From contig NZ_AUMD01000021.1 of the NCBI RefSeq assembly GCF_000430505.1, positions 128,001-192,000 on the forward strand: 64,000 nt of DNA. Reading direction: 5' to 3'. The DNA is from Eisenibacter elegans DSM 3317. Its GTDB lineage: Bacteria; Bacteroidota; Bacteroidia; Cytophagales; Microscillaceae. Of the stretch, positions 45,378 through 55,577 are shown piece by piece; position 1 is the stretch's first letter; each line of letters begins with the position of its first letter. The position numbers and the translations under genes are program-made. The notes beneath the pieces were generated by a model. That model was not told the DNA's origin. It did no database searches and was given only the letters and a program-made list of their open reading frames with translations.

Positions 45378-46571
45378 TTAGTGCTCATAGCTGGTTTCTT
45401 GTTGATAGAGGTATTGCAGAATAGCGCGTTCGGTGTGGGAGAGTTTGATTTGTCGGCGCTCCATCACCCGTTCGGCAGTTTCAATGGCCTTGTCCAGCTC
45501 ATACACCTCAAATCCTTCTGCGCCTCCCCAAGCAAAGGAAGGGACGTGCTTAGGGGGAAATCCACCGCCAAACACATTGGCCGACACCCCGACTACCGTA
45601 CCAGTGTTGAACATCGTATTGATGCCGGCCTTGGCGTGGTCGCCCATCAGCAGGCCGCAAAACTGCAATCCGGTGTCTTGAAAATCTTGCTCGGCGTAGC
45701 TCCAGACCTTCACAGTGCTATAGTTGTTCTTGAGGTTGGAGTTATTGGTATCGGCTCCTAGGTTACACCATTGCCCCAGCACGGCGTTGCCGAGGAAGCC
45801 TTCGTGGCCTTTGTTCGAATAGCCCCAGAAGATGCTGTTGCTGACCTCACCCCCGACCTTACAGTAAGGGCCTATGGTCGTATTGGGGCGTATTTTAGCG
45901 CCTATATTCACCACTGCCCCCTCACCAATAGCCACCGGGCCTTGGATGATAGCCCCCTCCTGAATATGGGCGTTTTTGCCGATGTATATCGGCCCTTGGC
46001 TGGCGTTTAAGATAGCGGCTTGTACTTGTGCGCCTTCTTCCAGAAAAACTTGGTCAAGTTGGTATCCCCGCGTGAGCGGGTCTGTAAGGGGCACACCGCT
46101 GCGCCCTTGGGTCAGGCGCTGGTAATCTTGTTGAATAACCGCTCCATTGTAAAGAAACAGCTCCCAAGGATACCGAATCAGGGTAGGAGGGTGAGGGTAG
46201 GGGAGTATATCAAAAGTAAGCGGCTGTAAGGGGTACTGAAACTCTTCGGCAGGCAAACAACAGGCAAGCAGCGTATCATCATAGGCCAGCCCTTGGCCTA
46301 CCTCCAGCGCTGCGATGGCCTGTACCAATTCGGGTGTAGGCAATAAAGACCCCACAATGGCGATATTGGCCTCATCGAGGCTGTAGGCGGGGTATTTGTG
46401 TTGCAGATAGGGCACGGTCAGGTAGAGCGGCTCCGCTCCCCATAGCTGTGTCCACTTTTCGGCAATAGTATCGATGCCGATACGCAAGTCGGCAATGGCA
46501 CGAGTAAAACTCAAGGGTTTGAGTTGCTCATGCAAACTGGGGGTATCAATCAAAAAATAGGGCTTAGGCAT
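45378..46571 (-). CDS. putative sugar-nucleotide transferase / acyltransferase with left-handed beta-helix (GlmU-like family)
   Basis: C-terminal hexapeptide repeats (IGKNAHIQEGAIIQGPVAIGEGAVVNIGAKIRPNTTIGPYCKVGG...). Start taken at MPKPYFLID (46571), in frame with track end 46637. Confidence 0.6.
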   Translation of the reverse strand: MPKPYFLIDTPSLHEQLKPLSFTRAIADLRIGIDTIAEKWTQLWGAEPLYLTVPYLQHKYPAYSLDEANIAIVGSLLPTPELVQAIAALEVGQGLAYDDTLLACCLPAEEFQYPLQPLTFDILPYPHPPTLIRYPWELFLYNGAVIQQDYQRLTQGRSGVPLTDPLTRGYQLDQVFLEEGAQVQAAILNASQGPIYIGKNAHIQEGAIIQGPVAIGEGAVVNIGAKIRPNTTIGPYCKVGGEVSNSIFWGYSNKGHEGFLGNAVLGQWCNLGADTNNSNLKNNYSTVKVWSYAEQDFQDTGLQFCGLLMGDHAKAGINTMFNTGTVVGVSANVFGGGFPPKHVPSFAWGGAEGFEVYELDKAIETAERVMERRQIKLSHTERAILQYLYQQETSYEH

Positions 46572-46714
46572 ACAAGCGCAGGTCTTGATGAAAACGGTTT
46601 TAGCTCGAAAGATAAGGAGTTTTTGGGCATCAATCAACCTTTTTAAAACAAAACACCGCCCATACTCCTCAGGAGCAAGGGCGGCGTTAGGAGCAGATGA
46701 AACAGCACCCAGGC

Positions 46715-46957
46715 TTATTTCTTGGCAAAACGCTTGTTGAATTTCTCCACACGACCTGCAGTATCTACAAATACTTTCTTACCGGTGTAGAAGGGGTGTG
46801 ACTCAGAGCTAACCTCTACCTTGTAAGCAGGGTAAGTCTTGCCTTCAAACTCTACTGTGTCGGTAGTTTCTACTGTAGAGCGGGTCAAAAACTTGGAATC
46901 GTTGGAAGTATCCCAAAATACTACCTCACGATAGTTAGGGTGAATGTCTTTTTTCAT
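46715..46957 (-). CDS. rpmE2: 50S ribosomal protein L31 type B (zinc-independent paralog)
   Basis: 80 aa, [24 protein letters not shown]...HPFYTGK; lacks the CxxC pair. Confidence 0.85.
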   Translation of the reverse strand: MKKDIHPNYREVVFWDTSNDSKFLTRSTVETTDTVEFEGKTYPAYKVEVSSESHPFYTGKKVFVDTAGRVEKFNKRFAKK

Positions 46958-47217
46958 GGCTTAATGCAATGCTTATTGAGTTGCGAATTGATAGACTCTA
47001 TCCAAAAAGGATTGCAAAGGTAGCAAACATCTAACATATTCACAATAAAACAGCTAGGAAAAAACCTTCCCCACGCTGTTGAACTTTATGAGCGACCTCA
47101 GGGTTTTTCAAACATAGCGCCCATAAGGCCGGGCTGCGTTTGTGAGGTATGTTATGAATGCCTCCTTACGGAGAAGCCACAAGTGATTAGATTTTCTCAA
47201 AACCTCCCCCCATCTCC

Positions 47218-47811
47218 ATGATTACCCCCACTCATCTCAACAATGCCTATACTTACGAAACGTATACTGCCTTGATAGACCAGCTTCTGAGCGAGGGCAA
47301 AACAACAGGAACCAACCAGAGTGAGTTCTTGACCGAATACACCCGGATGAACCAACAGCGGATGAAACGTTGGGATAAGACCTATACACCAAGTGCTAAG
47401 GTGCAGGCTGCGGCTGCTCGCATCCAATCACCCCAAACTTGGCTTATCCTGACCGAAGGCTGGTGTGGTGATGCTGCCCAAAATATCCCGCTATTGGTCA
47501 AAATAGCCCGAAGCAACCCCCTGATTACCGTCAAGCTACTCCTGCGCGACGAGCATCTCGATGTCATGGATGCCTTCTTGACGGACGGTGGCCGGGCAAT
47601 TCCCAAGCTCATTATCCTCAACGAAGCCTTAGAGGTTTTGGCCGACTGGGGGCCGCGCCCCAATACTGCCCAAATGATGGCCAAAGAGTTTAAAGCTCAG
47701 CCCGACGGGGATTTTAAAGTTTTTGCAGCCCAATTGCACAAGTGGTATGCCGACAACAAAGGCCAAGAATTGGAGCAGGAGCTGGAAGCCTTGCTGCAAA
47801 AGCTAGTCTGA
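47218..47811 (+). CDS. thioredoxin-like family protein
   Basis: WLILTEGWCGDAAQNIPLL has a thioredoxin-fold CxxD/CGDA-type motif. 197 aa. Confidence 0.65.
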   Translation: MITPTHLNNAYTYETYTALIDQLLSEGKTTGTNQSEFLTEYTRMNQQRMKRWDKTYTPSAKVQAAAARIQSPQTWLILTEGWCGDAAQNIPLLVKIARSNPLITVKLLLRDEHLDVMDAFLTDGGRAIPKLIILNEALEVLADWGPRPNTAQMMAKEFKAQPDGDFKVFAAQLHKWYADNKGQELEQELEALLQKLV

Positions 47812-48243
47812 CTGTCTTGTGATTGTTGTTGGCATAGGCTATCTTCATGGTACATCCTGACCTGACTCCAAACTATTTAAGCCTGTTGCTTTAAGAAGCC
47901 GTAAAACAAGCCCAGAAACGTTACCAAGAAGTAATAAACGCCATGATGATGGACTTGAACTACATGCGTGAGGACTTGAGGAGTTGCCAGACGGCATCGG
48001 GGATGAAAGCCCAGCTCGATACCCTAGAGTACATCCTGTACCCATCACCATTTGACCTCGAATTTGATACGCTCATGGAGATAATCGAGCCTTTTTCAGA
48101 AGGCAAACCCAAGCGGCGCTAAGACCTCAAGACAATGAATATTTTTGCCCATAGCCATAGGTTGTGGTTTTTTTTGTATTTGCATCTATCTTTGCCCTTC
48201 TTTTTACGTACAAAGAGCAGTTTATAACCAATACCATATCATT

Positions 48244-49668
48244 ATGAAACAATCGATACAGCGTTTTTTGGCCGTTTGTTTTGCCCTAGTGCTTGGCTGC
48301 TGGGGTTCGGCTATAGCCCAAAATCCAGAAGATATATTTTTTGGCGCAGATAGCACCAGCCGCCTCAATGTACCCCTCGGCATCACTACTTTTGGTGACC
48401 AAGCCTACGTGGGGATGCGTATTCAGCCCGAGATATCTCTCGGTAAAATCGGCTTTGGCCTTGATGTACCCTTGTTCTTTAGCCTTCAAGATGGATCTTT
48501 CCGTACCCAAGAGTTCCAAGACGGAATCTTGGGCGTATTGCGTATGGTGCGCTATTTCCGCTATGGCCGCAAAGGTCGTGATCCGCTTTTCTTTCGTCTT
48601 GGTGATTTGAGCCAGACCTACTTTGGCGGTGGCGGCCTTATCAACAACTACACCAACTCTCCTAGCTTTGAGCGCCGCAAAGTGGGTATCCTCTTTGATG
48701 TACGCCCCAACAAAATGTGGGGAGTCGAAGGGATGTACAGTGACTTCTCTACTACCGGCCTTTTTGCAGTGCGGCCATACGTACGCCCCTTGGCCAACTT
48801 GCCTATCCCTATCATCAACACGATGGAAGTAGGGGCAACCTATGCCGGCGATTATACCCAACAACTCATCAACTTTGAGGGAGAGTTAGAAGATGCGCGC
48901 TTCGTAAACAAAGGGATGAACGCCTTTGGCGCAGATTTGGGCTTTGTAATTTTTAACACTGATTTTCTCAACCTACGCCTCCTAGGCCAGTTCAACTACC
49001 TAGCACGCAATAGCGCCTTGGCTAGCTTCGTAACAGAATCTAACGAGGAGGCTGACGTACTTGGGGTTGACCGCCCATTTGCCAATGGCTATGATGCCGG
49101 GATTGGTGCCAGTGTGGGAGCTGTGGCTCGGATGAAGTTTATTGCCAATATTTTCAGCATCGAAGCCCGCCTTGAGCGCCTTTGGTATGGCAATAACTAT
49201 ATCCCTCAGTTTTTTGATGCTTTTTATGCCATCAATCCGGATGATAAAATCTTGCGCCTAGCCAATGCCGAGGGTGTACAAGGCATTTATGGCTCTTTGG
49301 GTGGGGTATTCCTCAACAAAATCCGACTCACAGGGGGCTTACAAGTACCTGATTTGATTTCGGAGGCCAACCCTGCCTTTATCTTCTTTACCCTTGACCC
49401 GGGTGATATCATCCCTAAGATTATCTTCAATGCCAACTATTTCAAAGGTGGTCTGACTACTTTCAACGACGCGCTTGTGCTTGACCAGCGCTCGCTAGCA
49501 ACAGCCTTGATAGCCTACAAAATCAAGCCTTTCCTCGCCGCCGGGGTACAGTATCGCTGGACTTTTGCCCTCACCGAAGTAGACGGTGTAGAGCAGTTCC
49601 GTGCTACCAGTATGGTGATGCCTTATGTAGGGCTCACTATGCCGCTGGGCTTCCTAAACGGCAACTAA
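48244..49668 (+). CDS. hypothetical outer-membrane (beta-barrel-like) protein
   Basis: Signal peptide MKQSIQRFLAVCFALVLGCWGSAIAQ at the internal ATG 48244. Alternating hydrophobic beta-strand pattern. Ends ...LGFLNGN. Confidence 0.55.
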   Translation: MKQSIQRFLAVCFALVLGCWGSAIAQNPEDIFFGADSTSRLNVPLGITTFGDQAYVGMRIQPEISLGKIGFGLDVPLFFSLQDGSFRTQEFQDGILGVLRMVRYFRYGRKGRDPLFFRLGDLSQTYFGGGGLINNYTNSPSFERRKVGILFDVRPNKMWGVEGMYSDFSTTGLFAVRPYVRPLANLPIPIINTMEVGATYAGDYTQQLINFEGELEDARFVNKGMNAFGADLGFVIFNTDFLNLRLLGQFNYLARNSALASFVTESNEEADVLGVDRPFANGYDAGIGASVGAVARMKFIANIFSIEARLERLWYGNNYIPQFFDAFYAINPDDKILRLANAEGVQGIYGSLGGVFLNKIRLTGGLQVPDLISEANPAFIFFTLDPGDIIPKIIFNANYFKGGLTTFNDALVLDQRSLATALIAYKIKPFLAAGVQYRWTFALTEVDGVEQFRATSMVMPYVGLTMPLGFLNGN

Positions 49669-49707
49669 AAACATAGCAGCTCATCAGGCGTAATGGATGA
49701 CAAAAAT

Positions 49708-49740
49708 AAGCGCTCCGTCGACCAAGTCTTCGGAGCGCTT
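49708..49740. terminator. hairpin between convergent genes (10-bp stem AAGCGCTCCG / CGGAGCGCTT)
   Basis: Seen directly between the OMP stop (49668) and the yceI stop (49788). The flanking A/T runs are modest. Confidence 0.4.
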
Positions 49741-49787
49741 GCTATTCAAACATACACAAAAAATAATCGAAACTAAAAACCAGTTTC

Positions 49788-50315
49788 TTAAGCCTGTTTG
49801 GCAAATTGGATGTTGCCGACAATTTTTACCTCATTGCTGACAACCACGCCTCCGGCTTCTGTAACTGCATCCCACGCCAAGCCAAATTCTTTGCGCAAAA
49901 TCTTGCCTTCTAGCTCAAAGCCGGCCTTGGTATTGCCATAAGGATCTACCATAGTGCCACCGTAGGTTACATCGAGAGTTACTTCTTTGCTGATACCGCG
50001 GATGCTCAAATTGCCCACGAGTTGGTACTCACCTGCGCCTGTCTTCTTGAAAGCTGTGCTCTCAAAAGTCATTTTAGGGTGTGCAGCTGCCGCAAAAAAA
50101 TCCTCTGAGCGAAGGTGCTCATCACGCTGACCGTTGTTGGTGTCAATGCTTGATACATCTGCCGAAAAACTGATCTTGGCATCACTGAAGTCTTCTTGAC
50201 CCGCCTCAAGGCTGGCATTGAAGTCTTTGAAACGTCCGGTTACAGTAGAAATTACCAAGTGCTTTACTTTGAAAAGCAGCTCTGAGTGCATAGGGTCTAA
50301 TTGCCAAGTTGCCAT
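49788..50315 (-). CDS. yceI: YceI-family periplasmic polyisoprenoid-binding protein
   Basis: WQLDPMHSELLFKVKHLVISTVTGRFKDF and GNLSIRGISKEVTLDV match YceI. Confidence 0.8.
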   Translation of the reverse strand: MATWQLDPMHSELLFKVKHLVISTVTGRFKDFNASLEAGQEDFSDAKISFSADVSSIDTNNGQRDEHLRSEDFFAAAAHPKMTFESTAFKKTGAGEYQLVGNLSIRGISKEVTLDVTYGGTMVDPYGNTKAGFELEGKILRKEFGLAWDAVTEAGGVVVSNEVKIVGNIQFAKQA

Positions 50316-50695
50316 AATGATGGAGTGATTTAAGATGAAATGGGGATATTATTAAGTGTTTGAACATATAACGTTTAAACATATAATATGGTTTACAAGT
50401 GTTATACTTTTCCCACAGAGTTTTATAAATTTTATATACAAACAATTGATTGTCAATATATTACAAATAAATTAATTTTGTTGTATCCCCCATCCAATCC
50501 AGGCTTCAACATAAGAGTACTGTTGTGTGGGACTAGCCAAAGGCTCCCGAAACCACACAATATTTTGGTGCTGGGGTATTATGTGTTGGCGGGTATTTCC
50601 CTAATAAATAGGGCGAAAAAATCAGAATGTATTGACACAAAGCTGCTAAACATTCCGTATAACCAAATATATTATCACCAAAATAAGCGCGGCGT

Positions 50696-51403
50696 ATGAA
50701 CAAGTTACTACTGATAAGCAGCATATTCTTGATGGCTCAGGCTTGTGGAGGAGAGCAAACCGCCGACAACCACACCACCCCTCAAAATACCAATCCTCAA
50801 GAGGTGGCCATAGAGCAAACCCCCAAAACAACCACCGAAAAACCTCAGGAACTCCCCGACTTGGCGACCCAACTACAGCAACCACAGGCTAAGGAAGTGG
50901 CTTCAAAAGAAACAGGGCGCAATGTCAAGGCGTTGATAGCACAATTGCGCAAAGACGCAAGCGTAGAGTTGATATTTGCCGAGCCTGATTATGGCAAGAC
51001 ACAGACCGACAGCGTGTTTGAGGGCTATGAAGTCCGCCTGACTACTAGCTGCCTCAATGATGAGGGCGTATTACAAGAAATGTATGATATGGCGGGTCTT
51101 GCTCCCAAAGCATATATGGTATCACATAACTACCAGACAACCGTACAAATCGGCCACGCAGGCCAAGAAATTGTTGTGCGTAATATTCGCAAAGAAGACC
51201 TCCAAGGGCAGTTGATGCCGCGCTTTGTAGAAGATGCTATCTTGAAGCATCCTGAGCTGTTAGGTTTCAACACCCGAACTAAAGAATTACAACTGGCGTT
51301 CATTATAGGAATACCCAGTACAGACTTGGTAGTAATGGTACAAGTGGCTGTTGATATGAAAGGCCAAGTACGGGTAACTGCCATCGAAAACTTGATGATG
51401 TAA
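50696..51403 (+). CDS. hypothetical lipoprotein
   Basis: Lipoprotein-type signal (FLMAQACGG). No recognisable domain. Confidence 0.5.
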   Translation: MNKLLLISSIFLMAQACGGEQTADNHTTPQNTNPQEVAIEQTPKTTTEKPQELPDLATQLQQPQAKEVASKETGRNVKALIAQLRKDASVELIFAEPDYGKTQTDSVFEGYEVRLTTSCLNDEGVLQEMYDMAGLAPKAYMVSHNYQTTVQIGHAGQEIVVRNIRKEDLQGQLMPRFVEDAILKHPELLGFNTRTKELQLAFIIGIPSTDLVVMVQVAVDMKGQVRVTAIENLMM

Positions 51404-51521
51404 GCCTGTGCTTACCCTAGGATTTCAAATGTTTTTGTTTGTGTTTGTTTGAATTTCAAAATGCCCTTATGCTTTGCGTACGGGCGTTTTTGTTGGGATT
51501 GAGCGGTCGTGTGTGGGCTTT

Positions 51522-54038
51522 TTAGCGTTTTACTTTGAAGCCCAATACCAGCATATCGTCTACTTGTTCTATTTCTCCCATCCAATCATTCATCACATCA
51601 TCGAGTACGTGGCGCTGCTCATCCATTCGTAGTGTATGGATATTGAGTAGGAGTTGATGCAAGCGTTTGGTCGTAAACTTTTTCTCGTCGCGGCTACCTA
51701 TTTGGTCTTGAAACCCATCGGTAAGTAGGTAAAACACTGTGGGCTTGTCAAGGGGGATGGTATGGGTGCTAAACTTACGTTCGTTGCCCTTGATGTGCCA
51801 GCCTCCCACAGGGTTATTGTCGCCTTGGATAATGCGGATTTCCTTGTTTTGGATATAAAGCAGCGGATTGTATGCGCCGGCATAGAGCATTTCTTCTTCC
51901 TCTAGGTCAATAACACAGATGGCGGCATCCATCCCATCTTGGTTATTGGTCTCATTTTGCTTGAGGGCGATGCGTATTTCTTGGTGTAGGCGATACAATA
52001 TTTGGCTAGGCTCTACGATTCCTTCGTGGATTACGATATTGTTGAGCAAGTCGTTGCCAATAGCGCTCATAAATGCTCCGGGTACGCCGTGGCCGGTACA
52101 GTCGATGGCTGCAATGACAATTTTTTCGTTGATAATCTCCTTCAACACCCGTCTAGCCCCTTTTTCTGTCAGTACTTCTTCGTAGATAGGCTTGGGGTCA
52201 GTTTTGGCAAACCAATAAAAGTCGCCCGAAACAATGTCTTTTGGCTTAAATAACACAAAGGCATCTCCCACCACGTGTTGGAGTTGGTGAATGGGGGGCA
52301 GTATCGCCTCTTGGATACGCTGAGCGTAGCTGATACTGTCGATGATTTGTTCTTTTTGTTGCTGTATTTGGTTGTAGACTTTGGCATTTTCAAGGGCAAT
52401 GACGGCATAGTTGCCCAAGTTGCGCAGCAAGTCTAGGTGTAGAGGCTGGTACAGATTAGGCTCTGTACTTTGGACAGTAATCACCCCGACGGGTTTTCCG
52501 TGCGACATCAAAGGCAGCATCATTAAAGACTGAGGTGGGTTGGTGGCCTGTCCATTGACCTGCATCAGGCCTAAGGGGTAGGGGAGGGCTTGCTCGCGCA
52601 AATCGGGCAGCAGCAGGTCGTGGCGTTGTAGAAAACAATGAGCTTCAAGGCTGTGTTCCTCATTTTCCAGCGAGAGACTGTATTCATAGGGCGCAGCCTG
52701 TGTGGTGGCGTGGGTAAAAAACTCAAGATGATTGTGCCTTGGGTTGTATACCCCAATACCAAAAGAGCTGGCCTGTAGCAAATCCTGCATAGGGTTGACC
52801 GCCCTCTGGATAATATTGAGGATAGAGAAATTGGTGGCTATTTCTTGGCCAAGGGCGTTGAGGGTTCGGAAATACTCTGCAAAGCGCGTCAGCTCACGGC
52901 GTTCGGCCTCGGTGTTGTCTTGCTGGCTTTCGAGGGCGATGCTGCGTTCTTCAAATTCTTCGGACACCAAGTTGAAAAGCGCTTTGACTTGAGCGATTTC
53001 GTTGTCCATTGTTTGTGCCGCCACTATATCCATACGTCGCTGTTCGATATTGCTCACACCTTTGTCTATGAGCATACTGGGCGATACTTGGTCAAAGACT
53101 TCTTCCATATTGGCACGCAAGGCCTGCAAGGGCTTGATGATGTCTTTCCAGATAAAGAAGGCTAACTGCGCAAAAATCAACAACATCAATCCCATCCCAA
53201 TACCGGTGATAGTACTGAGCCGTGTTTTGAAATTTGTCTGTGCTTGGTGCGTATTTACTTGTAGGGCTTCGGTTTGTTGGCGGGTATTGACCAATAGCTC
53301 CATCCATCGTGCACCGGTACCGCTAGTATTGCTCAGGTCTAGCTGTTCTTCGAGGGCAGTAGCCTGCGAAAAACTTTTGGCGTAGCGTTCCCAACGGTAT
53401 AGCTGTTCATTGGCATCAGGGGCAGTGCTTGCCTTGAGCAGGGTGCTGATTTCTTGGGCTGTACGTTTCCAATAGTCGAGTTGTTCGGCTTGGCGTGTGC
53501 TCCAATAGCTTTGCTCGGCGGCGCGTAGTTGGTATTGGCGTTGCTCGAATATAGCAGGGTTTTGACTCACCAAGGTGTTGAGCGCCAACTGTGCGTCATA
53601 ACGTGCGCCTTTTTCTAAACTCCCCCTGCTGACCCAGAGCTTGGCTACGGCCTCTGATTCTTGCGCCAGTTTTTTTGCTTGTTGTTGTAGCTCCTTGAAG
53701 AGCAACAAGGTTTGGTTGCTATGGCCATACCAAGCGTCTAGTTGGTCTATGCTGAGCTTGACTTGGCGATGCGAGTAATCAAAGTCATCCAATATTTTTT
53801 TGAGCGCCTTGTCGTCTGCCGGGAGCTGTTGTTGTACTGTCCAGTATTGGTTTTGTAGTTGGCCTATTTGCTGGTGTAATGTTTGTAGTTCATACAAGGC
53901 TTGTTGGGTTTGTCGTTGGCGTTCTAGGGTATATAAAGTACTTATATACAGCATTATACCGGCGAATAAAAATATACCCAAAGACCAAGCTAGGCGGTAT
54001 TGAACTGAAAAAAACAAACGTCTTAGTGTTGGTATCAT
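51522..54038 (-). CDS. membrane-anchored sensor PP2C-type (SpoIIE/RsbU-like) serine phosphatase with a periplasmic coiled-coil sensor, a second TM and a GAF-like region
   Basis: The C-terminal SGDFYWF...IDCTGHGVPGAFMS...DGMDAAICVI...LLTDGF is the PP2C/SpoIIE signature. Two TM helices (aa 20-40 and ~285-305) bracket a long Q/L-rich extracytoplasmic region. Confidence 0.75.
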   Translation of the reverse strand: MIPTLRRLFFSVQYRLAWSLGIFLFAGIMLYISTLYTLERQRQTQQALYELQTLHQQIGQLQNQYWTVQQQLPADDKALKKILDDFDYSHRQVKLSIDQLDAWYGHSNQTLLLFKELQQQAKKLAQESEAVAKLWVSRGSLEKGARYDAQLALNTLVSQNPAIFEQRQYQLRAAEQSYWSTRQAEQLDYWKRTAQEISTLLKASTAPDANEQLYRWERYAKSFSQATALEEQLDLSNTSGTGARWMELLVNTRQQTEALQVNTHQAQTNFKTRLSTITGIGMGLMLLIFAQLAFFIWKDIIKPLQALRANMEEVFDQVSPSMLIDKGVSNIEQRRMDIVAAQTMDNEIAQVKALFNLVSEEFEERSIALESQQDNTEAERRELTRFAEYFRTLNALGQEIATNFSILNIIQRAVNPMQDLLQASSFGIGVYNPRHNHLEFFTHATTQAAPYEYSLSLENEEHSLEAHCFLQRHDLLLPDLREQALPYPLGLMQVNGQATNPPQSLMMLPLMSHGKPVGVITVQSTEPNLYQPLHLDLLRNLGNYAVIALENAKVYNQIQQQKEQIIDSISYAQRIQEAILPPIHQLQHVVGDAFVLFKPKDIVSGDFYWFAKTDPKPIYEEVLTEKGARRVLKEIINEKIVIAAIDCTGHGVPGAFMSAIGNDLLNNIVIHEGIVEPSQILYRLHQEIRIALKQNETNNQDGMDAAICVIDLEEEEMLYAGAYNPLLYIQNKEIRIIQGDNNPVGGWHIKGNERKFSTHTIPLDKPTVFYLLTDGFQDQIGSRDEKKFTTKRLHQLLLNIHTLRMDEQRHVLDDVMNDWMGEIEQVDDMLVLGFKVKR

Positions 54039-54334
54039 ATCAAGAGTTGCAGCCTGTTTCCAAAGTTACTAAAACTTTATCTTGAGCTTAACGAAGATGC
54101 GGGCATTTTTTTGATATAAGTTCAAAAATACTCTTTTTGGTGATTTCAAAGTTGGTGTACCTTAACCCCTCGCAATGAGACCATACGCTGGTGTACAATA
54201 CCTTTGAGATGCCAAATGCGAGGCGCGCCATATTTTAGCGAATTTTCTTGCAAAAAACTTGCCTATCCTGTAACGTTACACGATGAAGTCAGTATACCCT
54301 TCTAACAATCTCATTCACACAAACCAATACCCCT

Positions 54335-55339
54335 ATGCGTATCACAAACTTTTCAACCCAACAGCGACTGTCCCTCGTGTTTTTGGGGCTGACGTTATTA
54401 GGTGTCTTGCCCTCTTGTGGAGGAGGCGGTGGCTCCAGCGAAGGTTATAGGCAAAAATCTGCCGCCACAGAGGCGGAGTATGCCGAAGAGAGCGCTGCTT
54501 CTTATGACACACAAGAGGCTCCTCGGGAGCTGGATGCCCAGGCCTCCGAAATAGACCAGAGGCAGTTTGTATCGCTCGATAATCGCCTCAACCTCGATAG
54601 CAGTGGACGGGAGTTTATCCGGACAGCGCGGTTGCGGTTTGAGGTCAAGCAAGTAAAACAGGCCACACTCAAAGTAGAAAACCTAGTAGCCCAATACAAG
54701 GGCTTCATCATCAGTGCCCAGCTCGAAAGCAAACCGCGTGGAGAATACTATACGCCTATCAGCGCCGATTCCACCTGCCATACCCGTGTATATCACCTCC
54801 AAAACCAGCTGACCTTGCGTATCCCCAGCCGGCAGTTGGATGCTTTTCTCAAAGAATTACAGCCACTGGTACAATACCTAGAGTACTTCCGCCAAAACGC
54901 CGAGGATGTGAGTCTCTTGCAAATGCAGAAGCGTGTGGCTGCCCGGCGCTGGGCGTTAGCTGCCAGCCAACAACAGCAAAATGTAGCACAAAAGCCCGGC
55001 GATCTAATGCAGACTTCTGATGTACAAACACGCCTGCTGTATCAACAGCTTCAGGCCGATGAGCAAGAGTTTGAAGTCAAACAATTGGCCGACCAAGTGG
55101 CTTTTGCCACAGTATATTTGGAGCTGTATGAATCTAGTCGTCATCACCAAGTGATTGTCGCCGATACGTATACCATCAAACCTTATCGCCCTAGTTTTGG
55201 CAAGCGTGCGCTGGATGCGCTACAAGGTGGCTGGGAAGGCTTGGTCAATTTTGTGCTCCTACTGTTCCGTTGGTGGCCCGGAGTACTTATGCTCACAGCG
55301 ATTGCTGGATGGTGGATATACCGTAAACGTAAAGCCTAG
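54335..55339 (+). CDS. hypothetical lipoprotein with a C-terminal TM anchor (DUF4349-like architecture)
   Basis: LPSCGGGGGS lipobox, a Q-rich coiled segment and a terminal TM GVLMLTAIAGWWIYRKRKA. Confidence 0.45.
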   Translation: MRITNFSTQQRLSLVFLGLTLLGVLPSCGGGGGSSEGYRQKSAATEAEYAEESAASYDTQEAPRELDAQASEIDQRQFVSLDNRLNLDSSGREFIRTARLRFEVKQVKQATLKVENLVAQYKGFIISAQLESKPRGEYYTPISADSTCHTRVYHLQNQLTLRIPSRQLDAFLKELQPLVQYLEYFRQNAEDVSLLQMQKRVAARRWALAASQQQQNVAQKPGDLMQTSDVQTRLLYQQLQADEQEFEVKQLADQVAFATVYLELYESSRHHQVIVADTYTIKPYRPSFGKRALDALQGGWEGLVNFVLLLFRWWPGVLMLTAIAGWWIYRKRKA

Positions 55340-55577
55340 TTACAATCTCCTAACAAACGTTATAGATAAAGCAGCGAGCACCAAGGATTAAGCTCTTGGT
55401 TTGTGCCAGCTAAGAAGTACGATTTTGGTACAAGCCTGAATCCTTTCTAAAGGCAGCCTATGGGGCAACCCTTGGGCTGCAAAAATGTCCTAGGGTATGA
55501 GTTTTGGCTAAACCAAGGGTAGCTTTTTACGAAAAACAAAGCATTTTGTGTAAATTGCCTGCCTAACACACCCCGCA

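Noticed and set aside
47943-48122. 59-aa plus-strand ORF (MMMDLNYMREDLRSCQTASGMKAQLDTLEYILYPSPFDLEF...)
   Set aside because: No homology signal and below the size where composition alone is convincing. Possible small protein but unsupported.
48286-48864. 192-aa minus-strand ORF
   Set aside because: Antisense to the signal-peptide-bearing OMP gene on the plus strand.
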